A stretch of DNA of 63,930 nt from Octopus bimaculoides. Lineage: Eukaryota. Positions 1-13,744 of the stretch are shown here, in pieces. Where the stretch lies: assembly GCF_001194135.2 (NCBI RefSeq), contig NC_068986.1, positions 89,894,497 to 89,958,426 of the forward strand, given 5' to 3'. The notes beneath the pieces are model-generated. The model was not told where the DNA came from, made no database searches, and worked only from the letters and a program-made list of their open reading frames with translations. A program made the translations under genes and the position numbers. Each line of letters starts with the position of its first letter. The first letter of the stretch is position 1.

Positions 1-445
1 AGAACCACTACCTGCACCAATACTTCTACCAACTACACTGTCACTATCATAGCTGTCACCACCAACACCTACGCCATCACACTACCACCACCAATGTTAC
101 CACCACCACCACCACCACCACCACCACCACTACCACCAACGCTACCACTATCACTATCACCACCAACATTACAATCATCAATACTACCATTATCAATACG
201 ACCACCACTACTACCACCAACATGACCGCAAACACTACCACCAACACTAACATCAACATCACCATGAACACCATTTACACTTTCACAACAACCACTACCA
301 CCAACATGAATACAACCACTTTCAATACCATCGCAACCACTCCACCATTGACACTACTGCCACCAACACTACTCCAACCACTAATACTACCACCAGCACA
401 ACTACCCTGACCATCAGTTTAACCACCACCACCACCACCACCTGC
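1..445. repeat. Degenerate (ACC/ACT)n low-complexity tract
   Basis: Simple trinucleotide composition. Explains the poly-V and poly-T ORFs. Confidence 0.9.
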
Positions 446-679
446 AATAAAACCACTACAACGAGGCGCTTAACTTAACAGTAATAGCAGTTTAAGTCTC
501 ACCCAGATCACACAGTGCATCTTCAAAAAGAAAGAACACTTTGGACAGTGTAGTCCAAAGATAAACAAAAAGACAGGGTAGTGATGGTTGGAATGCCTTT
601 CGTTGTAGTTCTGCACATTCAGGGTTGATCTAGGGTTTAAACAACAACAGCAAGAACATCACCACTGAAAACGCTGCGT

Positions 680-1130
680 AGATATATCTAGAGCAATCAC
701 AGGCCCCAAATTTGGACAACAGAAAGAGCAACAACTGTGTATAGTATTACATTAAATCCGTCATAGAGTATTCCAGTCATACCTAGAGCTTAATCACTCT
801 TCAACAACACACAATGAACCTGAGAGGACACAAAACAACGTTTTCCGTATCATAAAAGGTACTATGCAGACTACATACGCGGATCACTACAAACCACTTA
901 GGCAATAATACTATGGTACTAAAAATGAATGAAAAACAACCTGGACTGCTCAGGAAGATACAGTTTGTTCTCGTAACAAGCTTTAACTTATACACTATGC
1001 CACCGCAAGAAAAAAATTACCTCTAAATACTCAGGCAAATATACAATACCCAGAGTACTACTACATCTTAAAAGCACGGTCTCTCCCACTCAATCCGGAC
1101 AAACATAAAACATACATACACGCAGAAATA
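680..1130 (+). mobile_element. Decayed I-group-like LINE RT C-terminal fragment
   Basis: RAITGPKFGQQKE...YYIKSVIEYSSHT*...RTQNNVFRIIKGTMQTT..DH, with frameshifts. Confidence 0.55.
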
Positions 1131-1518
1131 ATTGTAATGTCAATAGCTTCACTGGGCCCTAAACATCATGCTAGAGTGCACACCGCCAAATATAAGTACA
1201 GAGGAGCAGAGGTGTCACATGCTGTCTAAATCCACCTTGCCTGCCTCCATTATGGCGGCTACTCAAAATATATGGAGGACAAGCATTGGCTGAATAATGA
1301 AAATAATACAAACTGTCTAGACTATCACACTATAACCCATGCGAATCATCTCTACATGTTAGAACGTGCAGTGTGGGCCTCGGCTACATGGAGATATGAT
1401 AAAACTGGAAAGCTGAGTCTATGGATCGCACCTTGTTGTTCCTTTGCCAAGCTATGTGCCAAAGGACTGCTCGATTAGGGCTCACCTGAGGGCTACACGA
1501 CAGCAAGAGTAGTAACAA

Positions 1519-1753
1519 GAAGGAGGAGAGCTGGCAGAATCGTTAGCACGCCGGACGAAATGCTTGGCGGTATTTCGTCTGTCTTTACGTTCTGAGTTCA
1601 AATTCCGCCGAGGTTGACTTTGCCTTTCATCCTTTCGGGGTCGATTAAATAAGTACCAGTTACGCACTGGGGTCGATATAATCGACTTAATCCCTTTGTC
1701 TGTCCTTGTTTGTCCCCTCTATGTTTAGCCCCTTGTGGGCAGTAATGAAATAA
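1519..1753 (+). mobile_element. SINE-like family B (GAGCTGGCAGAATCGTTAGCACG...GAGTTCAAATTCC...GAAATAA)
   Basis: Multi-copy in the window, with a B-box-like GAGTTCAAATTCC. Confidence 0.8.
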
Positions 1754-3843
1754 GAGTAGTAACATTTCCACCACTATCATGATAGTCCCCAGACACACTC
1801 CAGCCAACATCACCATCACTACCACTAACTTTATCACTAATAGGTACTTCTCCAGATCTCTGGTCAAGCAGACCTATTCGTGAGCATTGTCGCCAGTCGA
1901 CTTTTTGTGAGATGCGTGAACAGTGGCGAAACCATTCTCCAAGCATCCTTTCAGTTCCTGAACGCTGTTGTGCGCGTAGGAGAGATCCGATTACTGCTCA
2001 AGTCTACTATATATGTTCCAAAAGTGAAACAGTTATCTAGGGTTAATCAGAGAAACCCTACACATTCAGGATTAGCTTAACTGTCTGTAGTATTTATCCA
2101 CACCCAGTTGTGGTCCCCGGCCTGCAGTCACATATTCAGAGTAGACCCATTCGTCCAAATCATATTCACAATGGTCGACTACCTTCCAGTTTATTTACTG
2201 GAACGCAATACTTTCCTCATCACCCCCATTACCTTCTTGAAATAGTACTTGAAATAGCTGAATAGACATTAGCAGAAAGTGAAACACATTATCGTTAGTA
2301 ACACATAGTCGTTAGTTTAATTTAGGCCACTACGTTATCACATTATAGCCACCACATGACTATCTTCTTTGCTAAAACAGGTCAGAAGAAAGATCTTCGC
2401 GATGGACTTGGCTGGTAGAAGAATCTAAGCGACGCACACAACAGCAGTGTTTGGGAACTAAACGAGTGCTTGGAGAACAATTTCACCTCTATGCATGCAT
2501 TTTGCATTGGGCCAACTGGAGATAACGTTCTCTAGCAGGACTGTCAGAGCAGAGATCTCGAGACTTATCCATAGTTGCTGTGCCAATGTCCTGTGGAGTG
2601 GATTTCCTATGTTATATTCATCGACGCCCAAGGTGTTCCCCGGAACTTCGTTACTTATGCCCACCACAAACTCTTTATAAGCTTCAAGATTTGACAATGT
2701 CCTACCGGCCGTATTTCCCGACTGGCGGAGAACTGGGGACACCTGACAGCATTCCAGAACCCAGGTGCTCAATCTCAGTCAATGTGTGAGCCGTGACAGC
2801 CACTCTGTCAAAGAGATGAGTATACCTGTCAAAAGGCGACACATCTGATCTCCATCTAGAATTTTCTGCAAATTTTACAGCCTTGGGGCATACCTATGCA
2901 TCATTAGGCATCTCATACCATGCAGAAGATATCGGCAGCAGGTGACCATCTGACCAACGAAACCCGTCCCTTTTATAAAGAACAAAAAAGTAAAAAAACC
3001 CTAATCTGCTCAGATGTGATCTCTTTACCCAAGGAATTTGTATTTTTCATCCTTTAAACATAATGAAATTTTACGATTTATACAGTTATTGTATTAACAT
3101 CTGTAACTAAACACTTTCCTCCCTCGTCAACTTTTTCAAGTACCACTTGAAAAGGAGGATGAGGATAGAGAGGAAAGTGTTGTCGAATGAAAGTTTCAAT
3201 AAAAAATGGGTAAATATGGCAAGAATGGTAAGAATGAAAGACGACACCATTTTAAGCATAGACTTGTAACAAAAAGAGACAAAAAGAGAGAAGGTACTTA
3301 CTTTCATGTACCTTTAAAAAAAAAAAGCCTGAGGTGACCGTGGTCTTTTCCGTAAGCTTATCTCTCCACGGATAAACCTAATCTGTTCCCCGTTTTTTAC
3401 ATTGATCNNNNNNNNNNNNNNNNNNNNNNNNNNNNNNNNNNNNNNNNNNNNNNNNNNNNNNNNNNNNNNNNNNNNNNNNNNNNNNNNNNNNNNNNNNNNN
3501 NNNNNNNNNNNNNNNNNNNNNNNNNNNNNNNNNNNNNNNAAGAAAAGCTCTACTTTGTAATTTGTCCATTTTCTGTATTTAGCCCTGTGTGGCTATAATA
3601 AAAAGATATCTTAGTTATACATCTAAACATGTATTTTTCTTTTCCCACGTCCTCCTTTATAATCTTTTCCTCCGTCTACCACTCTCTTTCTCTTACCCTT
3701 TCATTTTCTGCTTCTTTCGAATTTCTCTTTCACCTGTAAAATGCCTTACTGTCTCTAAACCTTTTCTGTATTCATGTTTTGAAGGCATTTCATGTCCCCT
3801 GTCCCCTTTTTAACTCTTTTCCTATTTCTCTATCATCTCTCTC

Positions 3844-3884
<41 letters not shown>

Positions 3885-4228
3885 TTGTCTGTCTCACCCT
3901 CTCTCTCCTCACTTTCCTATCACATTGATGTCAAACAACGATATACGTAATCCCTGTGCTAACTTTCGCCCTCACCTTTCTCCTATTCTTTTCTATTTCC
4001 CTTCTCTTTCCTCGCGTTTTTTCTATTTTCTTGCTTTTCGTTTATCTGTTTTCTTTTGTTTTATTATTATTTCCTTGTTCTTTTCATTCTATCTTTTTCT
4101 CTTACGATTAAGAATTATTTTTATAGACAAGTTTTACTCTATTTCAGTATTCTCCACACTTCCTATCTAATAGTTATTTCAATCCTTAATCCTGTTTATT
4201 TTTGTACACAAATATATATACATGCATA

Positions 4229-4287
<59 letters not shown>

Positions 4288-4290
<3 letters not shown>

Positions 4291-4412
4291 TTCCGTCTAC
4301 CAAATCCACTCACAAGGCTTTGGTCAGCCCGAGGCTATAGTAGAAGACACTTGCCCAAGGTGCCACGCAGTGGGACTGAACCCAGAACCATGTGGTTGGT
4401 AAGCAAGCTACT
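4288..4412 (-). mobile_element. Family C SINE, 5' half
   Basis: TTTCCGTCTACCAAATCCACTCACAAGGCTTTGGTC...GGGACTGAACCC. Confidence 0.72.
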
Positions 4413-4807
4413 AGGAATATAGATAAAAACGTTTGTAAAAAGAATTTAAAATATGGTGAAGAGAAAATAATAAGCATCAGAAACAGTTTTGGATTACATA
4501 TTAAGAGAAAATGTTCTAACGGCTGTCCGAGTAAAAAAATGAATCGTAAAATTCATTTTCAGAGAATGTCTCCCTCATCAGGCAAAAAGTTATATCTACA
4601 GCAGATATTCATTCAGTTCGTTGCCAAGGTATGAGGTAATTGGAAGCTTTTATAGAAGAACAGATATAGCTATGCAAATAATGAAAGTCTTTATTGTCTT
4701 AATTAAAATTTATATTTATATTGGCAATATAGTGTTACAGGCAATAGGATGTTAAGTTGTGCGACGGAAATTACTAAGGCTATTGTTGAGTACATTGTGT
4801 GCATGTG

Positions 4808-4882
<75 letters not shown>

Positions 4883-6032
4883 AGCACAAACAAGAAATTA
4901 AAATTTCCAGATGTAACATAAAGAAATGCAAGCAAACACCATCTTTCGTGGAAACCAAAAATTAGAGAGAGGATGGTGATAGGCAGACAGACAGACCTGG
5001 CCACAATTATTAAAAAAATATCAGAGATATTATGATCAAACGCATACCTAATCAGATAAAGAAGTATTAAATAATGTAGTTCATATTTCAACAGATCTCT
5101 CAACGTGAAATATATAGAACAACCTACTGCAAAAAATATAGAAAACTAATATGGTTTAATCTCTTATGCAACATAATAGTAACTAAGTATATAATAAGGA
5201 ACTTCGAACGTTTGCTAAGTATAAACTTTTCCACTTCATAGATATAATATTTTAATAGAATTTCTGCTAAAGTTAGCTACAACTCTTTGGGGAATATAGG
5301 ATACACAAATTTTTACAATAATCAAAAGCCTGCAAACAGTACACAATCTGAATGCAACTCTGGAAATATAACAAATTACGAGCCGAAAGGGATTGTAGGT
5401 AAAGCTGGCACAAATTCAATAGAGATGGCACAAAGAAGACATACATCAGGTTAATTGGAAACACATTTAAAAACCTAATACACGCAACATATCTCCTCGA
5501 TAAACTATAAGAGTAAAAACAATTCCGCTTCAGTATCAAACTATATTCGGTACCTAAAAGTCAGGAAAGAAAAAAAATCCCTCCGTAAAATAAAGCATTG
5601 CTGGAAAGTCAAATCTATGCAACAGTCCTGATAATAATTTTGTGTGCAAAATATCGATTCTGCTAACACCTTTAATATGAGANNNNNNNNNNNNNNNNNN
5701 NNNNNNNNNNNNNNNNNNNNNNNNNNNNNNNNNNNNNNNNNNNNNNNNNNNNNNNNNNNNNNNNNNNNNNNNNNNNNNNNNNNNNNNNNNNNNNNNNNNN
5801 NNNNNNNNNNNNNNNNNNNNNNNNNNNNNNNNNNNNNNNNNNNNNNNNNNNNNNNNNNNNNNNNNNNNNNNNNNNNNNNNNNNNNNNNNNNNNNNNNNNN
5901 NNNNNNNNNNNNNNNNNNNNNNNNNNNNNNNNNNNNNNNNNNNNNNNNNNNNNNNNNNNNNNNNNNNNNNNNNNNNNNNNNNNNNNNNNNNNNNNNNNNN
6001 NNNNNNNNNNNNNNNNNNNNNNNNNNNNNNNN

Positions 6033-6049
<17 letters not shown>

Positions 6050-6063
<14 letters not shown>

Positions 6064-6245
6064 TGTTTGTGTGTCTGTGTTTGTCACCACCACCATCGCT
6101 TGACAACCGACGCTGGTATTTACGTCCCCAGTAACTTAGCGGGTAGAATAAGTACTCGGCTTACAAAGAATAAGTCCTGGGGTTGATTTGTTCGACTAAA
6201 AGCAGTACTCTAGCATGGCCGCTGTCAAATGACTGGAACAAATAA
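6050..6245 (+). mobile_element. Family C SINE, 3' half
   Basis: GTTTGTCACCACCACCATCGCTTGACAACCGA...GTCAAATGACTGGAAC. Confidence 0.7.
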
Positions 6246-7046
6246 AAAAAAAGATAGATAGATAGATAGATAGATATGTAACTGGTGTCTGTACGTGCGA
6301 GTGTGTATCTATGTATTCTTGTTGCGTGTATTTAAATGTGTTGGCATAAGTACATGTTTGACAATTTAAAGAAAGAGAAGTGACTATATTATGTCTATGT
6401 TCATATAAAGGGATAGTTATATGGTGGCGACGGGGATGACGTTGATAATATCGCAGAGAGTTAATTGTGTTGGTGTTAGTAAAAACTGTGACGGTGCAAG
6501 TGGTATTAATAGTGGTGATAATGGTATTGGAAGGGAGTGGTAGCAGTTTGGTAGAAAGAATTGGAGGGAGTTGTGGTGGTAGTGGCGATAGTGCTTCTGA
6601 TGGTTTGATGGTAATGGTGATGGTGATGGTGATTGTCTTGCATGTGGTTACGATGTTGATGCCGAAAACAAATGTGGTGGTTGCGGCGGCGGTGGTGGTG
6701 GTGGTGGTGACTTCTAGTTATTTCTAGTGATGTTTGAATTACAATTGATTGTGATTATAGTAATTGTGAAAGTGGCNNNNNNNNNNNNNNNNNNNNNNNN
6801 NNNNNNNNNNNNNNNNNNNNNNNNNNNNNNNNNNNNNNNNNNNNNNNNNNNNNNNNNNNNNNNNNNNNNNNNNNNNNNNNNNNNNNNNNNNNNNNNNNNN
6901 NNNNNNNNNNNNNNNNNNNNNNNNNNNNNNNNNNNNNNNNNNNNNNNNNNNNNNNNNNNNNNNNNNNNNNNNNNNNNNNNNNNNNNNNNNNNNNNNNNNN
7001 NNNNNNNNNNNNNNNNNNNNNNNCGGTGGTGGTGGTGGTGGTGGTG

Positions 7047-7086
<40 letters not shown>

Positions 7087-7699
7087 TGATGGTCTCGTTG
7101 AAGGTAACTGAGACGGTGAGGTAGTATGGTAACACTGACGATGTTGTCGATTGTGGTATTGAAGGTGTAAGGTGTTGTTCGTATCGCCGGCAGCGATGAT
7201 GATATAACGACGGTGGCGATATCGTTGTTATATCGAACGGCCATCTTGTTCAACCACCACCACCACCATCATACCGCCAGCATAAGCTAAGCTAGATAAC
7301 CAAAGATTGTCAGTTAGTAAAGCTGGATGCCATCAAACAGGCACCACATTTACTATAGTGACAGCCATACAATCTACAACAGACTTTACCGAAAATCTCT
7401 GATAAGGACAGTTTCAAGTCAGAGGAATTTGGCATGGATTTGCCACTTGGGGAATGGATTGTGGCTTGAGTGGGTCTGATAGGGGAATCGGTCGGGGGTT
7501 CTTTTGTGATTTTATGTTTAGTTTCAGGGTTTTCTTGTTGTTCATTGTTATTTCTTTGTTTTTCTTGTGAATTTTGTTGACTTTTTTTTTTTTTCCTTGG
7601 CGGTTTTTTTTTTTCCTTTATCTATTCCTCTGGCCATAAATATGGTATTCAAAATTACCATTAGTATCTCACTTCGATATATTCTCTGTCTTTGTGTAT

Positions 7700-7746
7700 G
7701 TGTGAGAGATGGAGAGAGAGAGAGTGAGTGTCTGCGCACATACACA

Positions 7747-7784
<38 letters not shown>

Positions 7785-8057
7785 TATCTGTATGTATAGA
7801 CATACATATACATACATATATGTGTACATACACATGTAAATATACATGCATGTATATGTGTGTGTGCATACACATACATACGCATATATATATATGTATG
7901 TGTGGTAACACGTATATGCGTACGCAAATTATAGACGCACGCACACGCACGCACATACACATATGTATGTATGTACAAATATATAAATATATAAATGCAC
8001 ACATTATATATATGTGTGTATATACATATATGCATCGGCATCTCTAATCCCACTCTC

Positions 8058-8124
<67 letters not shown>

Positions 8125-8450
8125 TCTCTCCCTCTCTCTCCCTCTCTCTCTCTCTCTCTCCCTCACTACATATGTTCACCCTCTCTATATTTATATCTCC
8201 ATCAATTTGTCATCTCTTTCATGATCAATTTATTTGGCCCACCCGCCAATATTTACCTCACACTTGTCTCACACACTCTCTCTCTCTCTCTCTCCCTTTC
8301 TCTCTCTCCATTTCTCTCTCCCCTTCTTTCTCTCTCTCCATTTCTCTCTCCCCTTCTTTCTCTCTCTCTCTCACACTATCAGACGCACACAACACACACA
8401 CACACACACATACACACTCGCTCACGCACAAATAAACACTACATATAGCT
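7700..8450. repeat. Compound (CA)n/(TA)n/(CT)n microsatellite block
   Basis: Direct reading. Confidence 0.92.
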
Positions 8451-9308
8451 TCCTCTCCATTTCTTCTTGTCTCTTATAGGTCAGTTTAAGAAACTTGACA
8501 ACGAACAGTGGCAACAACAACAACTGCACCTACAACAGCAACAACAACAACAATATTAGCAACAATAATAAGCATTATCTCTTGTAACAACGTCACGAAT
8601 GAGAATACTATCATTTTTCTTTTTTTTCTTTTTTGAGAAATAGCTTGCAACAACAATTGAAGTCACTAAATAACTACAATAAAAATAAATGGCACTAGAA
8701 TATTTACAACAGCAACAATAATAAGAACAGTATATTTTACAACAACAAGGATAACAACACAACAACATAAGCAGAAACAACAACAGCATTAACTATATAT
8801 ATATATATAGGTTTAAAAAAACACAAAAGACAATAACAAAAANNNNNNNNNNNNNNNNNNNNNNNNNNNNNNNNNNNNNNNNNNNNNNNNNNNNNNNNNN
8901 NNNNNNNNNNNNNNNNNNNNNNNNNNNNNNNNNNNNNNNNNNNNNNNNNNNNNNNNNNNNNNNNNNNNNNNNNNNNNNNNNNNNNNNNNNNNNNNNNNNN
9001 NNNNNNNNNNNNNNNNNNNNNNNNNNNNNNNNNNNNNNNNNNNNNNNNNNNNNNNNNNNNNNNNNNNNNNNNNNNNNNNNNNNNNNNNNNNNNNNNNNNN
9101 NNNNNNNNNNNNNNNNNNNNNNNNNNNNNNNNNNNNNNNNNNNNNNNNNNNNNNNNNNNNNNNNNNNNNNNNNNNNNNNNNNNNNNNNNNNNNNNNNNNN
9201 NNNNNNNNNNNNNNNNNNNNNNNNNNNNNNNNNNNNNNNNNNNNNNNNNNNNNNNNNNNNNNNNNNNNNNNNNNNNNNNNNNNNNNNNNNNNNNNNNNNN
9301 NNNNNNNN

Positions 9309-9391
<83 letters not shown>

Positions 9392-10066
9392 TTCTACTTT
9401 ACTGTTCATTAGAAACTCTGAGTCCAATGAAGATAGCATTAGCTCTTTAAAGTCGTTCAATTTTTCTCAACCGATCACTGGACCGATTGAGCAAGGCGAT
9501 CAAAGAACGAACCTTCAATAACAATCGAACGCAGCTGTAAGTCGAATTTGCAACAATAAAAGAATATGTAAAGACCAGTATCTATACCTTATCTTCTGTA
9601 TGACTCTGTGTAATAGACCAGTCTAACTGGGAATGCAACCATGGATTTACAATGCAGAATGGTGATGAACTATAATCTCTAACTCTGCCACAAAAATATG
9701 CAGAGTTCTTTACTAATTTCCAAAATTTTGTTAACTTGGTGTATTATAAAGTATTTTGCCCGGATTGATAATCACTTTTAATAATTCCTCTTCATATATA
9801 TATAAGAACAGATGAATAATAGTTCATTCACTAGAGCTGTTTCCAACGAATTTTTTTAATTGATGAACAGAGATATTATATCATGTCAAAAAATTCATCA
9901 GGTGAATATACACGAATTACACATTTAAAACATCCCAAAAGTCACCAGTCTGTAGCACAGGTGTGCAAAAGAGTGAAGGTCCTTAACAGGACCCCCAAAA
10001 CCTTGTCCGTGCTACTCAAGAGAATAGTCAAGCAATGGCATCGCTCAAAATTGAATTGCAACCGTC

Positions 10067-10389
10067 GTGTGTGTATGTATGTATGTATGTATGTATGTAT
10101 GTATGTATGTATGTATATGTGTGTATGTATGTATGTGTATGTATGCATGCATATATGTATGTATGTGTGTATGCATGAGTGTATGTATGTATGTACGTGT
10201 GTATGTAAGTATGTATCTATGTGTATGTATGTATGCATGCATATATGTATGTGTATGTGTGTATGTATGTATGTATGTATGTATGTATGTATGAGTGTAT
10301 GTATGTATGTATGTATGTATGTATGTATGTATGTATTTGTATGTATGCATGTGTGTATGTGCGTATGTATGTATGTATGTATACGCATG

Positions 10390-10425
<36 letters not shown>
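10067..10425. repeat. (TATG)n array followed by (GA)n
   Basis: Direct reading. Confidence 0.92.
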
Positions 10426-10427
<2 letters not shown>

Positions 10428-10819
10428 GGAGAAAAGAAAGCCAAAAAAAATAATAGACAAGAAGACAAGATAGTTTCACAATCAAAATTATTATTTTGTC
10501 GCTCGGAGAAGAGGAAAATGTTAATTTAGACGTTTCGAACATAGTCTTTTTTCAGAGTATAGGTGGAAACTGGAGCAAGGAGAATTTGTGAATGTGCATT
10601 TTATCATTGATAATGTTTGTATGCATATTCATAGATGCATGTGTACTTTGTAGAAGCACAATAAGTACAGTTATATTTACGTGCTTGAATATGAGAGTGC
10701 ATATGACTGCATATTTGCAAATATGTTCGTGGACGTGGATATGTGTGGGAAAAGGTGTGTGCCTGAGTCATATATTGCGATAGCGAAGTGGTCGTCGTCA
10801 TCATTGTCCTCACCGTTTG

Positions 10820-10861
10820 TGTGTGTGTATGCGAACGTGTGTGTGTGTGTGTGTTTGTGCG

Positions 10862-10952
<91 letters not shown>

Positions 10953-11180
10953 TTATGACTTTATAGATATACATGTACAACTTATATTATCATGTGTGTC
11001 TGTATGTGTGTGTGTGTTCAGAAGCGCTCCAACCATGACAATCCCATCTCTTTGTATATGTTTCACTGCATTGTTCAATCTATCTTAATAGTGTTTAATT
11101 TGGGGGAAATTTGGCTGTTGTTTCTGACAGGTCTAGCGACCGCCTAGTTGTTATTTTTCTGCATGTCATAGATGTATATA

Positions 11181-11268
<88 letters not shown>

Positions 11269-12110
11269 ATGTGGTATTTGTAGTATTACGTGTATGTATT
11301 TGCTTATATATGTGTTCGTAGGTATGTGAGTGCATATTTTAATATTTATATTTATATTGCTTTTGTATGTGTGTAGTGTCGTATGTACATATGTGTATAT
11401 GTTTTTTGTGCATTTGTGCCACTCCGTGTGTGTATATATGAAAGTATATATAATCATTGATATATGTATGCGTAAGCATATGTATGTATACTTATATGTA
11501 TGGCCGTAAGGATGCTTGCATATGTATGTGTATATATGTGTGTATGTATGATATGTTTGTGTGCATGTGTGTATGTATGCATAGATATTTATATTAGTGC
11601 ATGTCCGTATGTGGTTGGGTATGCATTAGTATGTGTGTATGTACATGTCTGCTTATAGATATGTATATTAGTGTAGGCATATTCAGAGATGTTTGTGAAT
11701 GCGGGTGTTTTTCTCCGTGTGCGTAAGAGCATATATGTATGTGTGTGAGTGTGCGTGTGTGTGTGTGTGTGCGAATGTGTGCATGTACATGTGTGTTCGG
11801 AAACATATATATATTAGTGTATAAGTATATTTATATACGCATATGAGTATGATATCAGTGTATAATATGCGTGGTTATATATGTATAGTGATGTGTAAGT
11901 CTATGTGTACATGCGTACATGTGTATGTGTTTGTGTCTGTGTGTTCGCATATGTACATATATATATGTATGTGTGCACATGGATATGTGCGTGAATAAGC
12001 TTATGTATATATGCATATATGTGTTGATATGTATCTGTGCCTGTAGAAGTATGTGTGTATGTGCGCGCGCGTGTGTTGTGACTATGTATATTTTATACGT
12101 GTGCGTTTAA
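10820..12110. repeat. (GT)n and TA/TG-rich low-complexity block
   Basis: Direct reading. Confidence 0.85.
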
Positions 12111-13087
12111 TAAACCACCAATTCCTCCCTTTCCCCCGTCCCTGACAGGAAGATAAGGAGATTATCAGTAAACTATGATACAACAGCGGTGATTCGGTCA
12201 ATCATGTGTTAAGATATTTCATCTGTCAGACATAATACCGAACGATCTTCAATTTGTTCTGGCACCAGTTACCTCCCCTGTCTACACCCCCCCCCCNNNN
12301 NNNNNNACCACATCATCTTTTCTCTCCACCTTCTTACGTGTAAAGACGCAAGCATGGCCGAGAGGTTAAAAAGTTCGCTTCGCAGTCGTGTCTGACTGTT
12401 ATAATATCTAAATACTTGATAGACTGAATGATTACTGTTGTACTGTAGTTCAATTACATTGCGTGTTATCTACGAAAAAAATGTTTCTTTTTTTCTTTTT
12501 TTTTTTTTTACTTACTGAATCTGAAGGAAGTGGTTGTGTTCTTGGTCCTCACAGGCCCTCCTAGAGCAGTGACATTGATGCCGATATAAGACAATGCTTG
12601 CTAGAAAAACATAAGCATAGAGAGAATTCAAAACGGCCGTTGTCCTCAGAAAGAAAGACTAGACAGAGTTGTTACGTATTCTTTTAGGTTGTGTTGGGAC
12701 AATAAACAACTCATTGAAGGATTTATTATAGTTCTACGTGTTTATTTTGCATGTTTACAAACTGTATATGTATAGCGAAGTGATACACACTGTTCGTATT
12801 CGCTTTATTCACATTTCATACTGTTTACTAGATGCGCTTAACAAAATAGAACTAATAATGGGGATGTATTCATATATACGTATACCTACGTATACACATA
12901 GATATGAACATATAACATCCCTTCTTGAAAAAGGATCTTTTGGCAATGAAAAATAATAGAAGTAATCTCCCTTACACAAATGAATTGTCAGCGCAAGGGT
13001 GGCAATCCTGCAGCAGAAACCGTGAGATTATTCTGGCCACACGTGGTCTTCTGCTTCTTAATCTAGCAGAAATTGTTTGTTTGTTTT

Positions 13088-13449
13088 TTACTCTTTTACT
13101 TGTTTCAGTCTTTTGACTGCGGCCATGCTGGAGCACCGCCTTTAGTCGAGCAAATCGACCCCAGGACTTATTCTTTAGAAGCCTAGTACTTATTCTATCG
13201 GTCTCTTTTGCCGAACCGCTATGTTACGGGGACATAAACACACCAGCATCGGTTGTCAAGCGATGTTGGGGGGACAAACACAGACACACAAACGCATACA
13301 CACATACATATATATATATATATATANNNNNNNNNNNNNNNNNNNNNNNNNNNNNNNNNNNNNNNNNNNNNNNNNNNNNNNNNNNNNNNNNNNNNNNNNN
13401 NNNNNNNNNNNNNNNNNNNNNNNNCTTACCACACAGCCACTCCTACGCC
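13088..13449 (-). mobile_element. Family C SINE nested inside the Gypsy element (contains a gap)
   Basis: Collinear with 22415-22858. Confidence 0.82.
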
Positions 13450-13744
13450 TATGTTTTGTTTTTGTTTTTTGTTTTTGTTTTTTTTTAACGGTATCGAATC
13501 GGTGATAAAATATTCGGTCCCCATCTGGTGGATCTTATGCTCTGTACTGGTGTCTGAGATGTGCATAATGTTGATGTGCTGTTGGGCTGCTGCTGGGTGG
13601 TTGGTGCCCGTTTGGTGTTATGATTCTGTGGAAGCACGGATTCTGTGTATGCCGTCATCTGCTGTGGGTGTTGTGGTTCTTGTTGGTGTTGTAACTGATG
13701 CTGCATGTGTTGCGCATGTTATCCTCGATAGTTTTGGTGTTGGG

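Noticed and set aside
77-410. Poly-Val/poly-Thr ORFs, and the many HT/CV/YI/LS-repeat ORFs across the window
   Set aside because: They are translations of microsatellites, with no domain or splice support.
10529-10555. Minus-strand CTGAAAAAAGACTATGTTCGAAACGTC hammerhead vestige
   Set aside because: The catalytic G8 is lost and there is no stem I; at most a decayed Penelope-like tail.
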